The notes below the pieces were generated by a model. It worked only from the letters and a program-made list of their open reading frames with translations. It was not told the origin of the DNA and searched no databases. Made by a program: the position numbers and the translations under genes. Positions 11,100 to 23,723 of a DNA stretch of 64,000 nt are shown here, piece by piece. The stretch covers positions 39,355-103,354 of the forward strand of contig CAVXZD010000006.1 in the NCBI GenBank assembly GCA_963766395.1, in the 5' to 3' direction. Origin of the DNA: an uncultured Actinomycetes bacterium (lineage in GTDB: Bacteria > Actinomycetota > Thermoleophilia > Gaiellales > Gaiellaceae). How positions within the stretch are numbered: the first letter of the stretch is position 1; each line of letters opens with the position of its first letter.

Positions 11100-12010
11100 T
11101 GCGCCGCCACTTGCCAACCGTCCGGGTCGAGCAGAAACCGCAATGTCGAGGCGAGATCGCCCTGTTCGTTCTTCCAGGGTGCCTCGGCGCGCAGCGCGAC
11201 GCGGCAGATCTGACCAAACCGCCGTGCAATCTCGGCGCCACTCTTGAGGTCGTTCCGTCCCGCGAAGCCTGCAAAGGGCTCGAGATACGCGTCACGTACG
11301 CGCTCGATCTCCTTCGACCGCGGCCCAAGCCCGAACCGCCGCTCGATCGCACGTTGCGTGACCGCAAGGGTGAAGAATGGATGCGAGACGCACGCGAACC
11401 CCCAGTCGACGAATCGATACCCGCCTTCGTCGAGAAAGACATTCGCGCTGGTGAGATCGTCGATCTGGACCGTCTCTGGAACGCGAAGCGACTGAAGCTG
11501 CTCGCACGAGCGCACCACCTCGGGATAGAGCCCACGAAGCCGGGCGTGCTCGTCGCGCGTCTGACCGTCCAGACGGACCTCCACGATCTCGTGATACAGA
11601 TCGGGCACTCGTGCGAGCCTGCGATCGAACGCGCCGGCTGCCAGGAGTGCATCGGCGTCCGCGGCCACCGCAAGCTGCAACTCGGCGTACCGCTGTAGTG
11701 ACTCGAGCCAGTAGCGCAAATCCAGATCGCGCACCAGAATCGCATAGAGCTGTTCCCCTGCGTCGCGCATCAGGATTCGCCCGCCTTCGTCCGAGGCGAC
11801 GATCTCCGGGACGAGATCTGGGCGCCGCCGCGCAAGCAGCTCGATGACGCGCGCTTCATGAGCGTACTGAGCCGCAGGCTCCTTGAAATAGAGGCGTCCC
11901 TCAGGCGTCGGCACGCGGAGGACGAGGGCCCAGGGCTGCGCCGCAACCTCCTCGATTGGCCCGGTCGCGTCGACGCGCGACCGGATCCACTCCTCTTGCT
12001 CAGCCCTCGG
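11096..12010 (-). CDS. phosphotransferase (APH/choline-kinase fold) family protein, paralog 2
   Basis: ORF 11096..12100 is intact. ..[40 protein letters not shown]...[22 protein letters not shown].. is clearly paralogous to 10156..11099. Its stop overlaps the paralog-1 ATG (ATGA). The true start is unclear: the first ATG at 12100 would overlap the gyrA 3' end by about 100 nt. Confidence 0.65.
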   Translation of the reverse strand, partial: PRAEQEEWIRSRVDATGPIEEVAAQPWALVLRVPTPEGRLYFKEPAAQYAHEARVIELLARRRPDLVPEIVASDEGGRILMRDAGEQLYAILVRDLDLRYWLESLQRYAELQLAVAADADALLAAGAFDRRLARVPDLYHEIVEVRLDGQTRDEHARLRGLYPEVVRSCEQLQSLRVPETVQIDDLTSANVFLDEGGYRFVDWGFACVSHPFFTLAVTQRAIERRFGLGPRSKEIERVRDAYLEPFAGFAGRNDLKSGAEIARRFGQICRVALRAEAPWKNEQGDLASTLRFLLDPDGWQVAAQ

Positions 12011-14532
12011 AGTCGCTGCTGTCGCCGTTCTGCCCGGCCGGCTCGACGAGGGGATCGCCGGGATCGCCGTTCTCTTCGCCCGAGTCGACGACCGGCGCAA
12101 GCGCCGAGACCGTCTCGCCCTCGCGCAGACGCATGACGATCACGCCCTGGGTCGCTCGGCCCGAGCGCTTGATGCCGTCGGCGGGCATCTTGATCACGGT
12201 GCCGCCGGTCGAGATGAGCATCACCTGGTACGCGTCCTCGACGACGCGCGCGCCGGCGAGCTGACCCTTCGCCTCGGTCAGCTGGACGGTCTTCACGCCG
12301 AGGCCGCCACGACCCTTGCACGGGTAGTCGGAGACGGGGGTGCGCTTGCCGTAGCCGTTCTCGGTCACGACCAGCAGGTCGGCGCCCAGCGTCGCGATCC
12401 CCGCGGCGATCACCTCGTCGTCCTCGCGCAGCTTCATGCCGCGGACGCCCTCGGTCGCGCGGCCCATCGGCCTCGCGTCCTTCTCGCTGAAACGGATGGC
12501 CTGGCCCTTGCGGGACACGAGCATGATGTCGTCGTCGCCGTCGGAATGCAGGACGTCGACGAGCTCGTCGTCCTCGCGGAGCTTGATCGCGATGATGCCG
12601 TCCGCCCTGAGCGGCGTGTTGTAGTCCTGGAACTTGCTCTTCTTGACGATGCCCTTCTTCGTCGCCAGCGTCAGGAACTCGGCCTCGGTGAAGTCGCGCG
12701 TCGCGATGACCGCGCGGATCTTCTCGTCCTGCGCGAACGGCAGCAGGTTCACGGCTGCGCGGCCCTTCGACTGCCGCGAACCGAGCGGGAGCTCGTGCAC
12801 CTTCAGCCGGTAGACCTTCCCGACGGTCGTGAAGAAGAGGATGTAGTCATGCGTGGAGGCGACGAAAAGATGCTCGATGTAGTCGTCCTCCTTCATGTCC
12901 ATGCCCATGACGCCGATCCCGCCCCTCCGCTGCTCGCGGTAGGTGGTCACCGGTAGCCGCTTGATGTAGCCGGAGCGCGTGATCGCGATGACCATGTCCT
13001 CCTCGGCGATCAGGTCCTCGAGCTCGAGCTCGCCCTCGGCGGCGACGATCTCGGTGCGACGGTCGTCGTTCCGGCCGTAGACCTGCTTCACCTCGAGCAG
13101 CTCCTCGCGCACGATCGCATCGATGCGGGCCGCGTCGCCGAGGATCGCTCGCAGCTCGGCGATGCGCTCCTGCAGATCCTTGTACTCGTCCTCGATGCGC
13201 TTCCGCTCCAATCCGGTCAGGCGCTGGAGGCGCATCTCGAGGATGGCCTGCGCCTGGATCTCGCTCAGGTCGAAGTTCTCGATGAGGCCGGTGCGGGCCT
13301 CGTCGACGTCGGCGGAGGCACGGATCAGCGCGATGACGGCGTCGAGATTGTCGAGCGCCTTGAGGTAGCCCTCGAGGATGTGCGCGCGCGCCTCCGCGCG
13401 GCGCAGCTCGTACTTCGACCGGCGGATGACGATCTCGCGCTGGAAGTCGAGGTAGTGCTGGAGCTGGTCGCGCAGCGGCAGCGTCCGCGGCACGCCTTCG
13501 ACGAGCGCGACCGCGTTGTAGCCGAACGTCGTCTGGAGCGCCGTGTGCTTGAACAGCTTGTTCAGGACGACCTGCGGGACCGCCTCGCGCTTGATGTCGA
13601 TCTGGATCCGCATCCCGGACTTGTCCGAGTGGTCGTTGACCGCCGAGATCTCCGGGAGCGTTCCTTCCTTGTACAGGTCCGCGATCTTCTTGATCACGCC
13701 CTCGTCGCCGCCCTTCTTCACGGTGTACGGCAGCTCGGTGACGATGATCGCCGTCTTCCCGCCGCGCAGCTCCTCGATGTGGGCGCGCGCGCGGACGACG
13801 ATGCGGCCGCGGCCGGAGCGATACGCCTCCTTGATCCCCTCGCGGCCGAGGATGATCCCGCCGGTCGGGAAGTCGGGGCCCTTGATGTGCTGCGTCAGGC
13901 GCTCGACGTCGATCGTCGGCTCGTCGATCATCGCGACGAGCGCGTCGACGACCTCCCCGAGGTTGTGCGGCGGCATGTTCGTCGCCATCCCGACCGCGAT
14001 CCCGGACGACCCGTTGACGAGCAGGTTCGGGAAGCGGGACGGGAGGACCTCGGGCTGGCGCTTCGTCTCGTCGTAGTTCGGGACGAAGTCGACCGTGTCG
14101 GCGTCGATGTCGCGCAACATCTCCGCCGCCATGCGCGCAAGCCGCGCCTCGGTGTAGCGATACGCGGCGGCCGGGTAGCCGTCGATGTTGCCGAAGTTCC
14201 CCTGGCCGTCCACCATCGGGTAGCGCATGGAGAACGGCTGGGCGAGGCGGACGAGCGTGTCGTAGATCGCGCTGTCGCCGTGCGGGTGGTAGTTCCCCAT
14301 GACCTCGCCGACGATGCGGGCGCACTTGATGCGCGGGCCGTCCCGGCTGCAGGCCGAGCTCGTGCATCGTGTAGAGGATCCGGCGGTGCACGGGCTTGAG
14401 GCCGTCGCGCACGTCCGGGAGCGCGCGCGAGACGATGACCGACATCGCGTAGTCGAGGAAGCTCGAGCGCATCTCCTGCTCGAGCTCGCGCGACTCGATG
14501 CGGCCGGGGCCTAGGGGCTCAACAGTCGACAC
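12000..14532 (-). CDS. gyrA: DNA gyrase subunit A, one apparent frameshift
   Basis: N-terminus [66 protein letters not shown] (ORF 12847..14532 frame), then ..[37 protein letters not shown]... to the end (ORF 12000..14300). Shift near 14300-14340. Confidence 0.95.
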
Positions 14533-14535
14533 GGA

Positions 14536-16924
<2,389 letters not shown>

Positions 16925-16982
16925 GCTCAGGTCAAAGAAAAAAGCCCTGCAAATTCCACGATTCCGGGCAAGAGTAAGTCTA

Positions 16983-17444
16983 TCAGAGCGAGCGGTCGGA
17001 AGAGGCCCGAGCGAGGCTTGCCGCAGCCGCGCGAGCGACGAGCTCCCGGAGCTCCGAATCCGCTACCGGTGCAGCAATTTTAGCCGCTGCCGCGCGCTCC
17101 TCGGCGGATGGTCGGGGCGAAACTCTGTTCCTCTTTCCTGACGTTTTCTGTACGCGGTTCCGGCAACGGGCCGGGAGCGAAGCGCAGGCGCCGCGGTTTG
17201 GCCTCGCCGAGGGCATGTGCGAGCCGCGCGGAGATCTCCGGCTCGAGCTGCGCCAGCTCGAACGCCCACGGCGACGAGCTGACCGTGACGTGCAGCGTTC
17301 CGTCCCGCGCCAGCCGCGCCGGCCAGGAGTTGACGGCGATCGAGTCGCCCACCACAGCGGGCCAGGCCGCGACGATCTCGGCCATCCCGCCCGCTGGGCC
17401 GAAGCGCGCCATCTCGCCCGGACGTCCTTCCCGATCCGCTCCAT
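16983..17444 (-). CDS. DUF721 (DciA-like) protein, apparent frameshifts
   Basis: MERIGKDV.. then ..AEIVAAWPAVVGDSIAVNSWPARLARDGTLHVTVSSSPWAFELAQLEPEISARL.. (ORF 17080..17718 frame), then the C-terminal ..AEERAAAAKIAAPVADSELRELVARAAAASL.. (ORF 16983..17507 frame). The position between recF and gyrB is conserved. Confidence 0.7.
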   Translation of the reverse strand: MERIGKDVRARWRASAQRAGWPRSSRPGPLWWATRSPSTPGRRGWRGTERCTSRSARRRGRSSWRSSSRRSPRGSHMPSARPNRGACASLPARCRNRVQKTSGKRNRVSPRPSAEERAAAAKIAAPVADSELRELVARAAAASLARASSDRSL

Positions 17445-18512
17445 CAGGCCGCCCTCGCCATTCCGGGCGTGACCTCGATGAGCTGGTCCGGCGCGTCGGC
17501 AGCGCATCCGCGGACGTCGCCGTGACGAGGCTCTGGCCCACGCCGGCGGATTCGCTCCGCCAGCGTGCGCCGCCGCGTCTCGTCGAGCTCGGAGAGAACG
17601 TCGTCGAGGAGGAGGATCGGCGGGACGGAACGCTCGGCGAGCAGCTCCGCCTCGCCGAGCAAGAGCGCGAGGACCGCCACGCGCTGCTCGCCCTGGGAGC
17701 CGAAGCGGCGCAGGTCACGGTCGCCGGCGAGAATCGCGATGTCGTGCAGATGCGGGCCGAGCCCCGGATCGCGCCGCGCTCGAGATCGCGTTGGAGCCGA
17801 GCCTCGAGCTCCTCCGCGCTCGGAGGCTCGCCCTGGTAGGCCAGCGACCCCGCCCGAGCCCGAGCGCCGCCGCATGCCCGGCGAACGCGGGCGCGAGCCG
17901 CTCGAGGGTCTCGACCCGCGGCTGCGACGAGCGACGCAGCCGAGCTCGGCGACCGCTGCGTCCACGGGGCGAGAGCGTCGCGAGACGAAAGCGCCGCCGC
18001 CGACGCGCCTGAGCGCGGCGTTCCGCTGGCCGACCGCGGCCGCGTATTCGACGGGAAGCGAGGCGCGCGCCGGGAAGAGCCGCCCGAGCACGCGGTCGAA
18101 ATACGCCCGCCGCACGACAGGCGAGCCCTTGACGATCGACAGCCGGTCGGGCGTGAAGACGAGCGCCGCCACCTCGCTCGCGCAACTGCTCGGCCGCACG
18201 CAGCGGCGCGCCGTTCACCTTCGCCTTCTTCCCCGCCCGAAGCTGAAGCGTGACGTCGAGCTCGACCGGCGAGCGGCCGCGCTCGCCCCGCAGCGCGATC
18301 CGCCCCGCGTCGGCGCCCATCCGGATCACCTCGGCGTCGCTCCGCGTCCGCGGCGAGAACCCCTGCGAGCCGACATGCACCGCCTCGAGCAGGTTCGTCT
18401 TCCCCACCCCGTTCGGGCCGACGATGAGGACGAGCCCCGGCTGGAGGTCGAGATCGAGCCGCTCGTACGAGCGGATGGCGCGGAGCGAGACCTGGCGAAG
18501 AAGCGTCAGCCC
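17444..18512 (-). CDS. recF: DNA replication and repair protein RecF, apparent frameshifts
   Basis: ..LRAIRSYERLDLDLQPGLVLIVGPNGVGKTNLLEAV.. (Walker A; frame of ORF 17715..19595), then ..FTPDRLSIVKGSPVVRRAYFDRVLG.. and ..GSQGEQRVAVLALLLGEAELL..PILLLDDVLSELD.. (ORF 17444..18199). At least 3 frame changes. The start is non-canonical or uncertain and lies just after the dnaN stop. Confidence 0.85.
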
Positions 18513-19639
18513 GCCAGCCTGATCGGCATGATCAGGTACTGGAAGTCGTCCTCCTCGGAGCGGATCAGTCCGGGGCGGAGCGGGCTGATCAGGCGAAAGT
18601 CGATCTCGTCCGCTTCGACCGAGTCGATCCCGTCGCGCAGGAACTCCGCGTTGAACCCGATCTCCAGCGGCTCGCCCGTGAACGGGGCCGGCATCGTCTC
18701 GCGAGCCTCCCCGAGATCCTGGGCCTGAACGGAGATCGTCAGCTCGCCCTCCGCGAAACGCAGGCGAAGCGGCAGGTTGCGCTGCGCCATCACCGCGATC
18801 CGGCGGACGACCTCGAGCAGCTCCGCTCGCGGCGAGCCGCACCTCGTGCTCGAACTGCTCGGGGATGAGCTGGCGGTAGTCCGGGAACTGGCCGTCGATC
18901 CGGCGCGTCGTCAGCAGGACGTCGCCGGCGCGGAAGATCACGTGGTTCTCGTGCACGCCCAGGTCGAGCGTGTCCTCGCCGCCCGCGATGCGGGCGAGCT
19001 CCGTCAGCGCGCGGGCCGGGACGATCGCCTCGAGCTCCGGCACCGAGCCGTCGAGCGCCGTCTCCTTGACGGCGAGCCGGTAGGAGTCGGTCGCGGCCAT
19101 GATCAGCTTCCCCTCGCCGAAGCGGACGAGGACTCCGGTGAGCACCGGGCGCGACTCGTCGCGCGAGGCCGAACGGCCGACGCGCGTGATCGTCTCGAGC
19201 AGCGCCTCTCGCGCGACCGCGAACGTCTGCGCCGCGTCGACCTCCGGCAGCTTGGGGAAAGTCCTCGGCGGAGTGCGTGTGCAGCGAATAGCTCGCCGAT
19301 CCGGAGACGACCGAGACGCGGCCTTCCTCCGGAGAGTGCGCGATCTCGACCTCTCCCGCCGGCAGCAGGCGCGCGATGTCGACGAAGAGGCGGCCCGGCA
19401 CGACGACGGTTCCGGGCTCCGCGATGTCGGCCTGGAGCGAGGAGCGCAGCGACAGCTCCATGTCGGTCGCCGCGAGCTCGAGCGAGCCGTCGGTCGCCTG
19501 CAGCCAGATGCCCGAGAGGATCTGCACGGTCGGGCGCATCGACACTGCCCTCGAGACGACGGCGAGCTTCTCGACGAGCTCCTCCCGTGGAGCACGTGAA
19601 CCTGAGTCCCGATCCCACCATGGTTTCTACTTGATTCAT
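18506..19639 (-). CDS. dnaN: DNA polymerase III beta sliding clamp, apparent frameshifts
   Basis: MNQVETMVGSGLRFTCST.. then ..LVEKLAVVSRAVSMRPTVQILSGIWLQATDGSLELAATDMELSL.. (ORF 18790..19545), middle segments in the ORF 17715..19595 frame, and a C-terminus ..FNAEFLRDGIDSVEADEIDFRLISPLRPGLI..YLIMPIRLAG (ORF 18506..18793). An AAGGGG Shine-Dalgarno lies 9 nt before ATG 19639. Alternative starts are 19621 and 19618. Confidence 0.9.
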
Positions 19640-19680
19640 TTATTTAAACCCCTTAGTTCTAGTAGTAAGGCATGTGGACG
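19624..19680 (-). promoter_or_regulatory. candidate origin unwinding module: DnaA box, GC spacer, DnaA-trio-like repeats, AT-rich tract
   Basis: Minus strand, read from dnaA towards dnaN: CGTCCACAT (19680-19672), GCC, TTA CTA CTA GAA CTA (19668-19654), AGGGG, TTTAAATAAATGAATCAAGTAGAAA (19648-19624). The local AT content is far above the window background. Confidence 0.5.
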
Positions 19681-19743
19681 ACGGGGAACATGGCTCTCCG
19701 CGTCTCCGTTGAGCGGATTCTGCCTGGGGAGAACGACGGCTGC

Positions 19744-19752
19744 TTGTCCACG
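19744..19752 (+). promoter_or_regulatory. DnaA box-like 9-mer TTGTCCACG
   Basis: 8 of 9 match to the high-GC Gram-positive consensus TTGTCCACA. It lies in the 148-bp dnaA-dnaN spacer, in opposite orientation to the box at 19672-19680. Confidence 0.5.
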
Positions 19753-19787
19753 GGTTGAACAGGCCCGAGTGGAGGTCGCGGAAGTTT

Positions 19788-21130
19788 TCAACGGGGATGC
19801 TTGATTCGTGCAGTCAACTCTTGCACGAGGTTGTACACAGACCGGTCTTCCTTGATCAGGCGCGCGATCTTGGAGGTCGCGTGGATGACGGTCGTGTGGT
19901 CGCGGCCGCCGAACTCCCGGCCGATCTTCGGGAGCGACGCGTCTGTGAGCTCGCGTGAGAGGTACATCGCGACCTGGCGCGGATAGACGATGTTCTGCGA
20001 GCGCCGGTCGCCGCAGAGCTGCTTGCGCGTGAGGCTGAAGCGCTGCGAGACGAGATCCTGGATCCGGTCGATCGAGACCTGTCCCGAGTCGCCCTGCGGG
20101 AAGACGTCCTGGAGGACGTCCTGCGCGAGCTCGACGGTGATCGGCCGGCCGGTCAGCGACGAGAACGCGACCACGCGCGTGAGCGCGCCCTCGAGCTCGC
20201 GGATGTTGCTCGAGATCCTGCTGGCGATGAAGGTGAGGATCTGCGGATCGGGGATGTGCGTCCCGTCCGTCTTCACCTTCTTGCGCAGGATCGCGATCCG
20301 CGTCTCGAGGTCGGGCGGCTGGATGTCGGTGATCAGGCCCCATTCGAACCGCGAGCGCAGCCGCTCCTCCAGCGTCGGGAACGAGCGCGGCGGGCGGTCC
20401 GAGGAGATGATGATCTGCCGGCCCGCCTCGTACAGCGAGTTGAAGGTGTGGAAGAACTCCTCCTGGATCGACTCCTTGTGCTCGAAGAACTGGATGTCGT
20501 CGATCAGCAGCAGGTCGTAGGTGCGGTAGCGCTGCTTGAAGCCCTCGATCCGCTTGTCGCGCAGCGAGTTGATGAAGTCGTTCATGAAGGTCTCGCTCGT
20601 GACGTAGTGGACGGTCAGCCCGCCCGAGTGCTCGGCGATGTACTGCGAGATCGCCTGGAGCAGATGCGTCTTTCCCAGCCCTGTCCCGCCGTAGATGAAC
20701 AGCGGGTTGTACGCCTGCGCCGGCGCTTCCGCGACTGCGAGGGCGGCCGCGTGCGCGAAGCGGTTCGACGAGCCGATCACGAACGAATCGAACGTGTACT
20801 TCGGGTTCAGATCCGTGTAGGCCGGCTTCGAGCCTCGGCCGGGACGCTCGCGGGCTGCAGGCGCGGCCTCCGCCGGACGGTGAGGACGATCTCTAGCTCC
20901 TTGTCCGTCGTCTCGCGCACCGCGGCCTTGATCAGCTCGAGGAAATGGCCGGCGATCCACGACTTGGCGAAGTCGTTCGGAGCGGCGATCGTGAAGGTGT
21001 CGTCCGAGAGCTCGATCCCGCGAGCTTCTCCGAACCAGGTCTGGTAGGTGGTCTCGTTGAGCGCCTGCCTCAGCCGTGCCGAAACGTCACGCCAGAGGCC
21101 GTGTGCCGTCAGCTCCAATTGGCGCTCCAT
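19788..21130 (-). CDS. dnaA: chromosomal replication initiator DnaA, one apparent frameshift
   Basis: N-terminus [67 protein letters not shown].. (ORF 20807..21232 frame), then the AAA+ and DNA-binding domains ..[40 protein letters not shown].. (ORF 19788..20960). Shift within 20810-20960. Confidence 0.95.
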
Positions 21131-21272
21131 CCCCCTCCGATAAGGTTGTGTCCGCCGCCCGTTCGAAGCGGCGATCCTAGCACCCTCCCGCCGCTTCTCA
21201 ATGTCGATAGCCGCGGCCGCCATGCACGCCAAAACAGGCTGATTTGCAGGGCTTTATTCACTCCTCACAGGT

Positions 21273-21293
21273 CTGTCCACAGTCTGTGGACAA
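21273..21293. promoter_or_regulatory. inverted pair of DnaA boxes (CTGTCCACA / TGTGGACAA)
   Basis: TGTCCACA (21274-21281), a 3-nt spacer, then TGTGGACA (21285-21292). This is a perfect 8-bp inverted repeat. The second copy extended to 21293 is the reverse complement of TTGTCCACA. Confidence 0.6.
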
Positions 21294-21350
21294 ATTGGGC
21301 ACAACTCCAGATCGTGTCGCTCTTTGCGGGGAGTGCTTGCCCCGCCGGCC

Positions 21351-21359
21351 TGTGGATAA
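21351..21359 (-). promoter_or_regulatory. perfect consensus DnaA box TTATCCACA (minus strand)
   Basis: Plus strand TGTGGATAA at 21351-21359, in the rpmH-dnaA spacer. A relatively AT-rich stretch follows at 21361-21393. Confidence 0.6.
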
Positions 21360-21436
21360 CGAGTACTTTCACAACTTGTCTATACTGATTCGGCGCCGCC
21401 TGCTGCGGCGCGTCTTTCTGTCTCCATCCATCTCTT

Positions 21437-21571
21437 ATGAAGCGGACTTACCAGCCCAACGTGCGCCGTCGGAAGCGCAAGCACGGTTTCCGTGCGCGCA
21501 TGTCCACGCGTGCCGGACGGGCCATCCTGAAACGCCGCCGGGCCAAGGGCCGGAAGCGGCTGTCCGCGTAG
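21437..21571 (+). CDS. rpmH: 50S ribosomal protein L34
   Basis: Own translation (too short for the ORF track): [44 protein letters not shown] followed by TAG. Canonical L34 sequence, divergent from dnaA. Confidence 0.95.
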   Translation: MKRTYQPNVRRRKRKHGFRARMSTRAGRAILKRRRAKGRKRLSA

Positions 21572-21581
21572 GGCGACGACC

Positions 21582-21927
21582 GTGCAGCGCGGCCATCGAC
21601 TTTCCCGCTCGCGGGACTTCGACGCCGTCTACCGCCACGGTCGCTCGGTCTCGACCCGCTATCTCGTGCTGTACTGGTTCGAGCGTGAGAACGACGACGG
21701 CGATACGCCCGCGCCTCGGTGTGGCCGTGCCGAAGAAGGTCGGCGGCTCCGTGATCCGAAACCGGATCAAGCGCCGGCTGCGCGAGGCCTGGGCGCACCT
21801 GTCCCCCGAGCCGCGGAACGACTACGTGCTCGTCGTGCGGCCGGGACTGCCGGAGGCGGTCGAGTCGCGCGGCTTCGACTGGCTCGAGGAGCGGGTCGGC
21901 GAGGTCCTGCAGAAGGCGCAGGCATGA
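21582..21927 (+). CDS. rnpA: ribonuclease P protein component, one apparent frameshift
   Basis: [34 protein letters not shown].. (ORF 21582..22250 frame), then ..[28 protein letters not shown].. (ORF 21244..21927 frame). Shift near 21705-21715. Confidence 0.85.
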
Positions 21928-22135
21928 AGTACCTGGGGATCGCGCTCGTCTACGGCTACCGCTGGCTGATCTCGCCGCTGCTGCCGGCGGGCTCGTGCAA
22001 GTTCCATCCCAGCTGCTCGCAGTACGCGATCGACGCCCTGAAGAAGTACGGGCTTGCTGCGCGGCACGGTCAAGGCGGCCACACCGGATCGCGCGCTGCC
22101 ATCCCTGGAGTCACGGGGGAGTTGACTACGCGTGA
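21924..22135 (+). CDS. yidD: membrane protein insertion efficiency factor YidD, two apparent frameshifts
   Basis: [43 protein letters not shown], then LLRGTVKAA.., then ..[16 protein letters not shown], in three frames within about 60 nt. ATGA overlap with rnpA and GTGA overlap with yidC. Confidence 0.8.
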
Positions 22136-23038
22136 CGCTCTGGGCGATCGCGAGCATCCTCTCGCCCGCTCGAGAACCTCTTCAGGAGCATCCTCGACTG
22201 GATCCATCACACGGTCGGCCTGCCGTGGGCGTGGGCGATCGTCGCGCTGACGGTCGTCGTCCGGATGCTGCTCGTCCCGCTCACGGTCAAGCAGATCCAT
22301 TCGATGCAGAGCCTTCAGCGGCACGCGCCGCAGATGAAGGAGATCCAGAAGAAGTACAAGACCGACAAGAAGAAGCAGCAAGAGGAGTTGATGAAGTTCT
22401 ACAAGGAGAACCAAATCAACCCGGCTGCGTCGTGCTTGCCGCTTCTCGCGCAGTTCCCGGTCTTCATCGCCCTCTACTTCGTCCTGCGGACACTGTCCAA
22501 CGAGGCCAAGACGTGCGCCGCGCACGCTTCTCAGTGCGTCCCGCTCCTGGGCGAGAAGCCAATCCGAACTTCCACTGGCTCGGGCTGATCGACATCACGC
22601 AGCCCGCGACCCACGGCTGGGGGCCGCTCCTGCTCGTCATCTACGCGGGCAGCCAGATCGCGTCGACGTTCTTCATGTCCGCGACCATGAACAAGGGCCA
22701 GCGCTACCTGATGATGGCGCTGCCGCTCCTCTTCATCACCTTCATCGCGCGCTTCCCCGCCGGCCTCGTCCTCTACTGGGCGACGACGAACCTGTGGACG
22801 GTCGGCCAGGGGATCATCACGCGCCGGCTCGTGCCGAAGACGCCCGCGCCCTCGCCGTTCCAGCGGCGCAGCTCGAAGGCGCCGCCCAAGCCGGAGTCGA
22901 GATGACGACGGGTCCGGCAACGGCGCGAAGCTCCCGGATACGCCGCCGCCGAAGCCCGCACCGGCGGCCGCCGCTGCGGCTCCACAGACTCCGCAGGTCC
23001 GGCGGGTCAAACGCAAGAAGAAACACGCGCGCAGGTGA
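22132..23038 (+). CDS. yidC: membrane protein insertase YidC, apparent frameshifts
   Basis: ..[71 protein letters not shown].. (ORF 22265..22588) and ..[32 protein letters not shown].. (ORF 22132..22905). A basic tail ..[13 protein letters not shown] is reachable only by a further shift near 22900 and ends at TGA 23036-23038. Confidence 0.85.
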
Positions 23039-23723
23039 GCTCGGGGGAGCTGCAGACCGAGGCGACGGGGAGACCGTCGGCGAGGCGAAGTGGCAGGCGC
23101 TGCGGGAGCTCGAGCGGATGCTTCCCGGACTGGACAAGTCGCGCGTCCGCTTCCAGGTCGTCTCGGAGGGCGAACGCGGCCTCCTCGGCGTCGGGTACAC
23201 GCCGGCCCGGGTGGTGGCGAGCGTCGCCGAGGATGCGGTCGAGACAGCCGGTCGAGAAGGGTGAGGACACCGAGATCGCTGCGCTCGTGCGCGAGCTCCT
23301 CGAGCGGATCGGCCGCGAGCTCGAGCTCTCCTCCCGCGTCTCGGTCGTGGAGGACGACGAGTCGGTCGTCGCCTCGTTCTCCGGATCCGAGCTCGGGCTT
23401 CTGATCGGCCGCCGCGGCGCGACGATCGATGCCGTCCAGTACCTCGTGAACTCGATCGTCTTCCGCCGCTTCGGCGACGGCGCGAAGCCCGTGGCCGTCG
23501 ACGCGGCCCACTACCGCGAGCGCCGGCGCGCGACGCTCGAGGAGTTGGCCATCAGGTTGCGGCCCGCGTGCGCTCGAGCGGGGAGCGGGTCGAGCTCGAG
23601 CCGATGAGCGCGTCCGAGCGCAAGGTCGTGCACCTGCGCCTGCAGGACGAGGCCGGCGTCGAGACCGAGAGCGAGGGCGTCGAGCCGCACCGGTACGTGG
23701 TCGTTCTGCCCGCGCGTGACTGA
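23035..23723 (+). CDS. jag: Jag/KhpB-type RNA-binding protein (KH plus R3H domains), apparent frameshifts
   Basis: [12 protein letters not shown].. then ..ETVGEAKWQALRELERMLPGLDKSRVRFQVVSEGERGLLGVGYTPARV.., then ..LGLLIGRRGATIDAVQYLVN.., then the R3H segment ..EPMSASERKVVHLRLQDEAGVETESEG. At least 3 frame changes. Confidence 0.8.
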
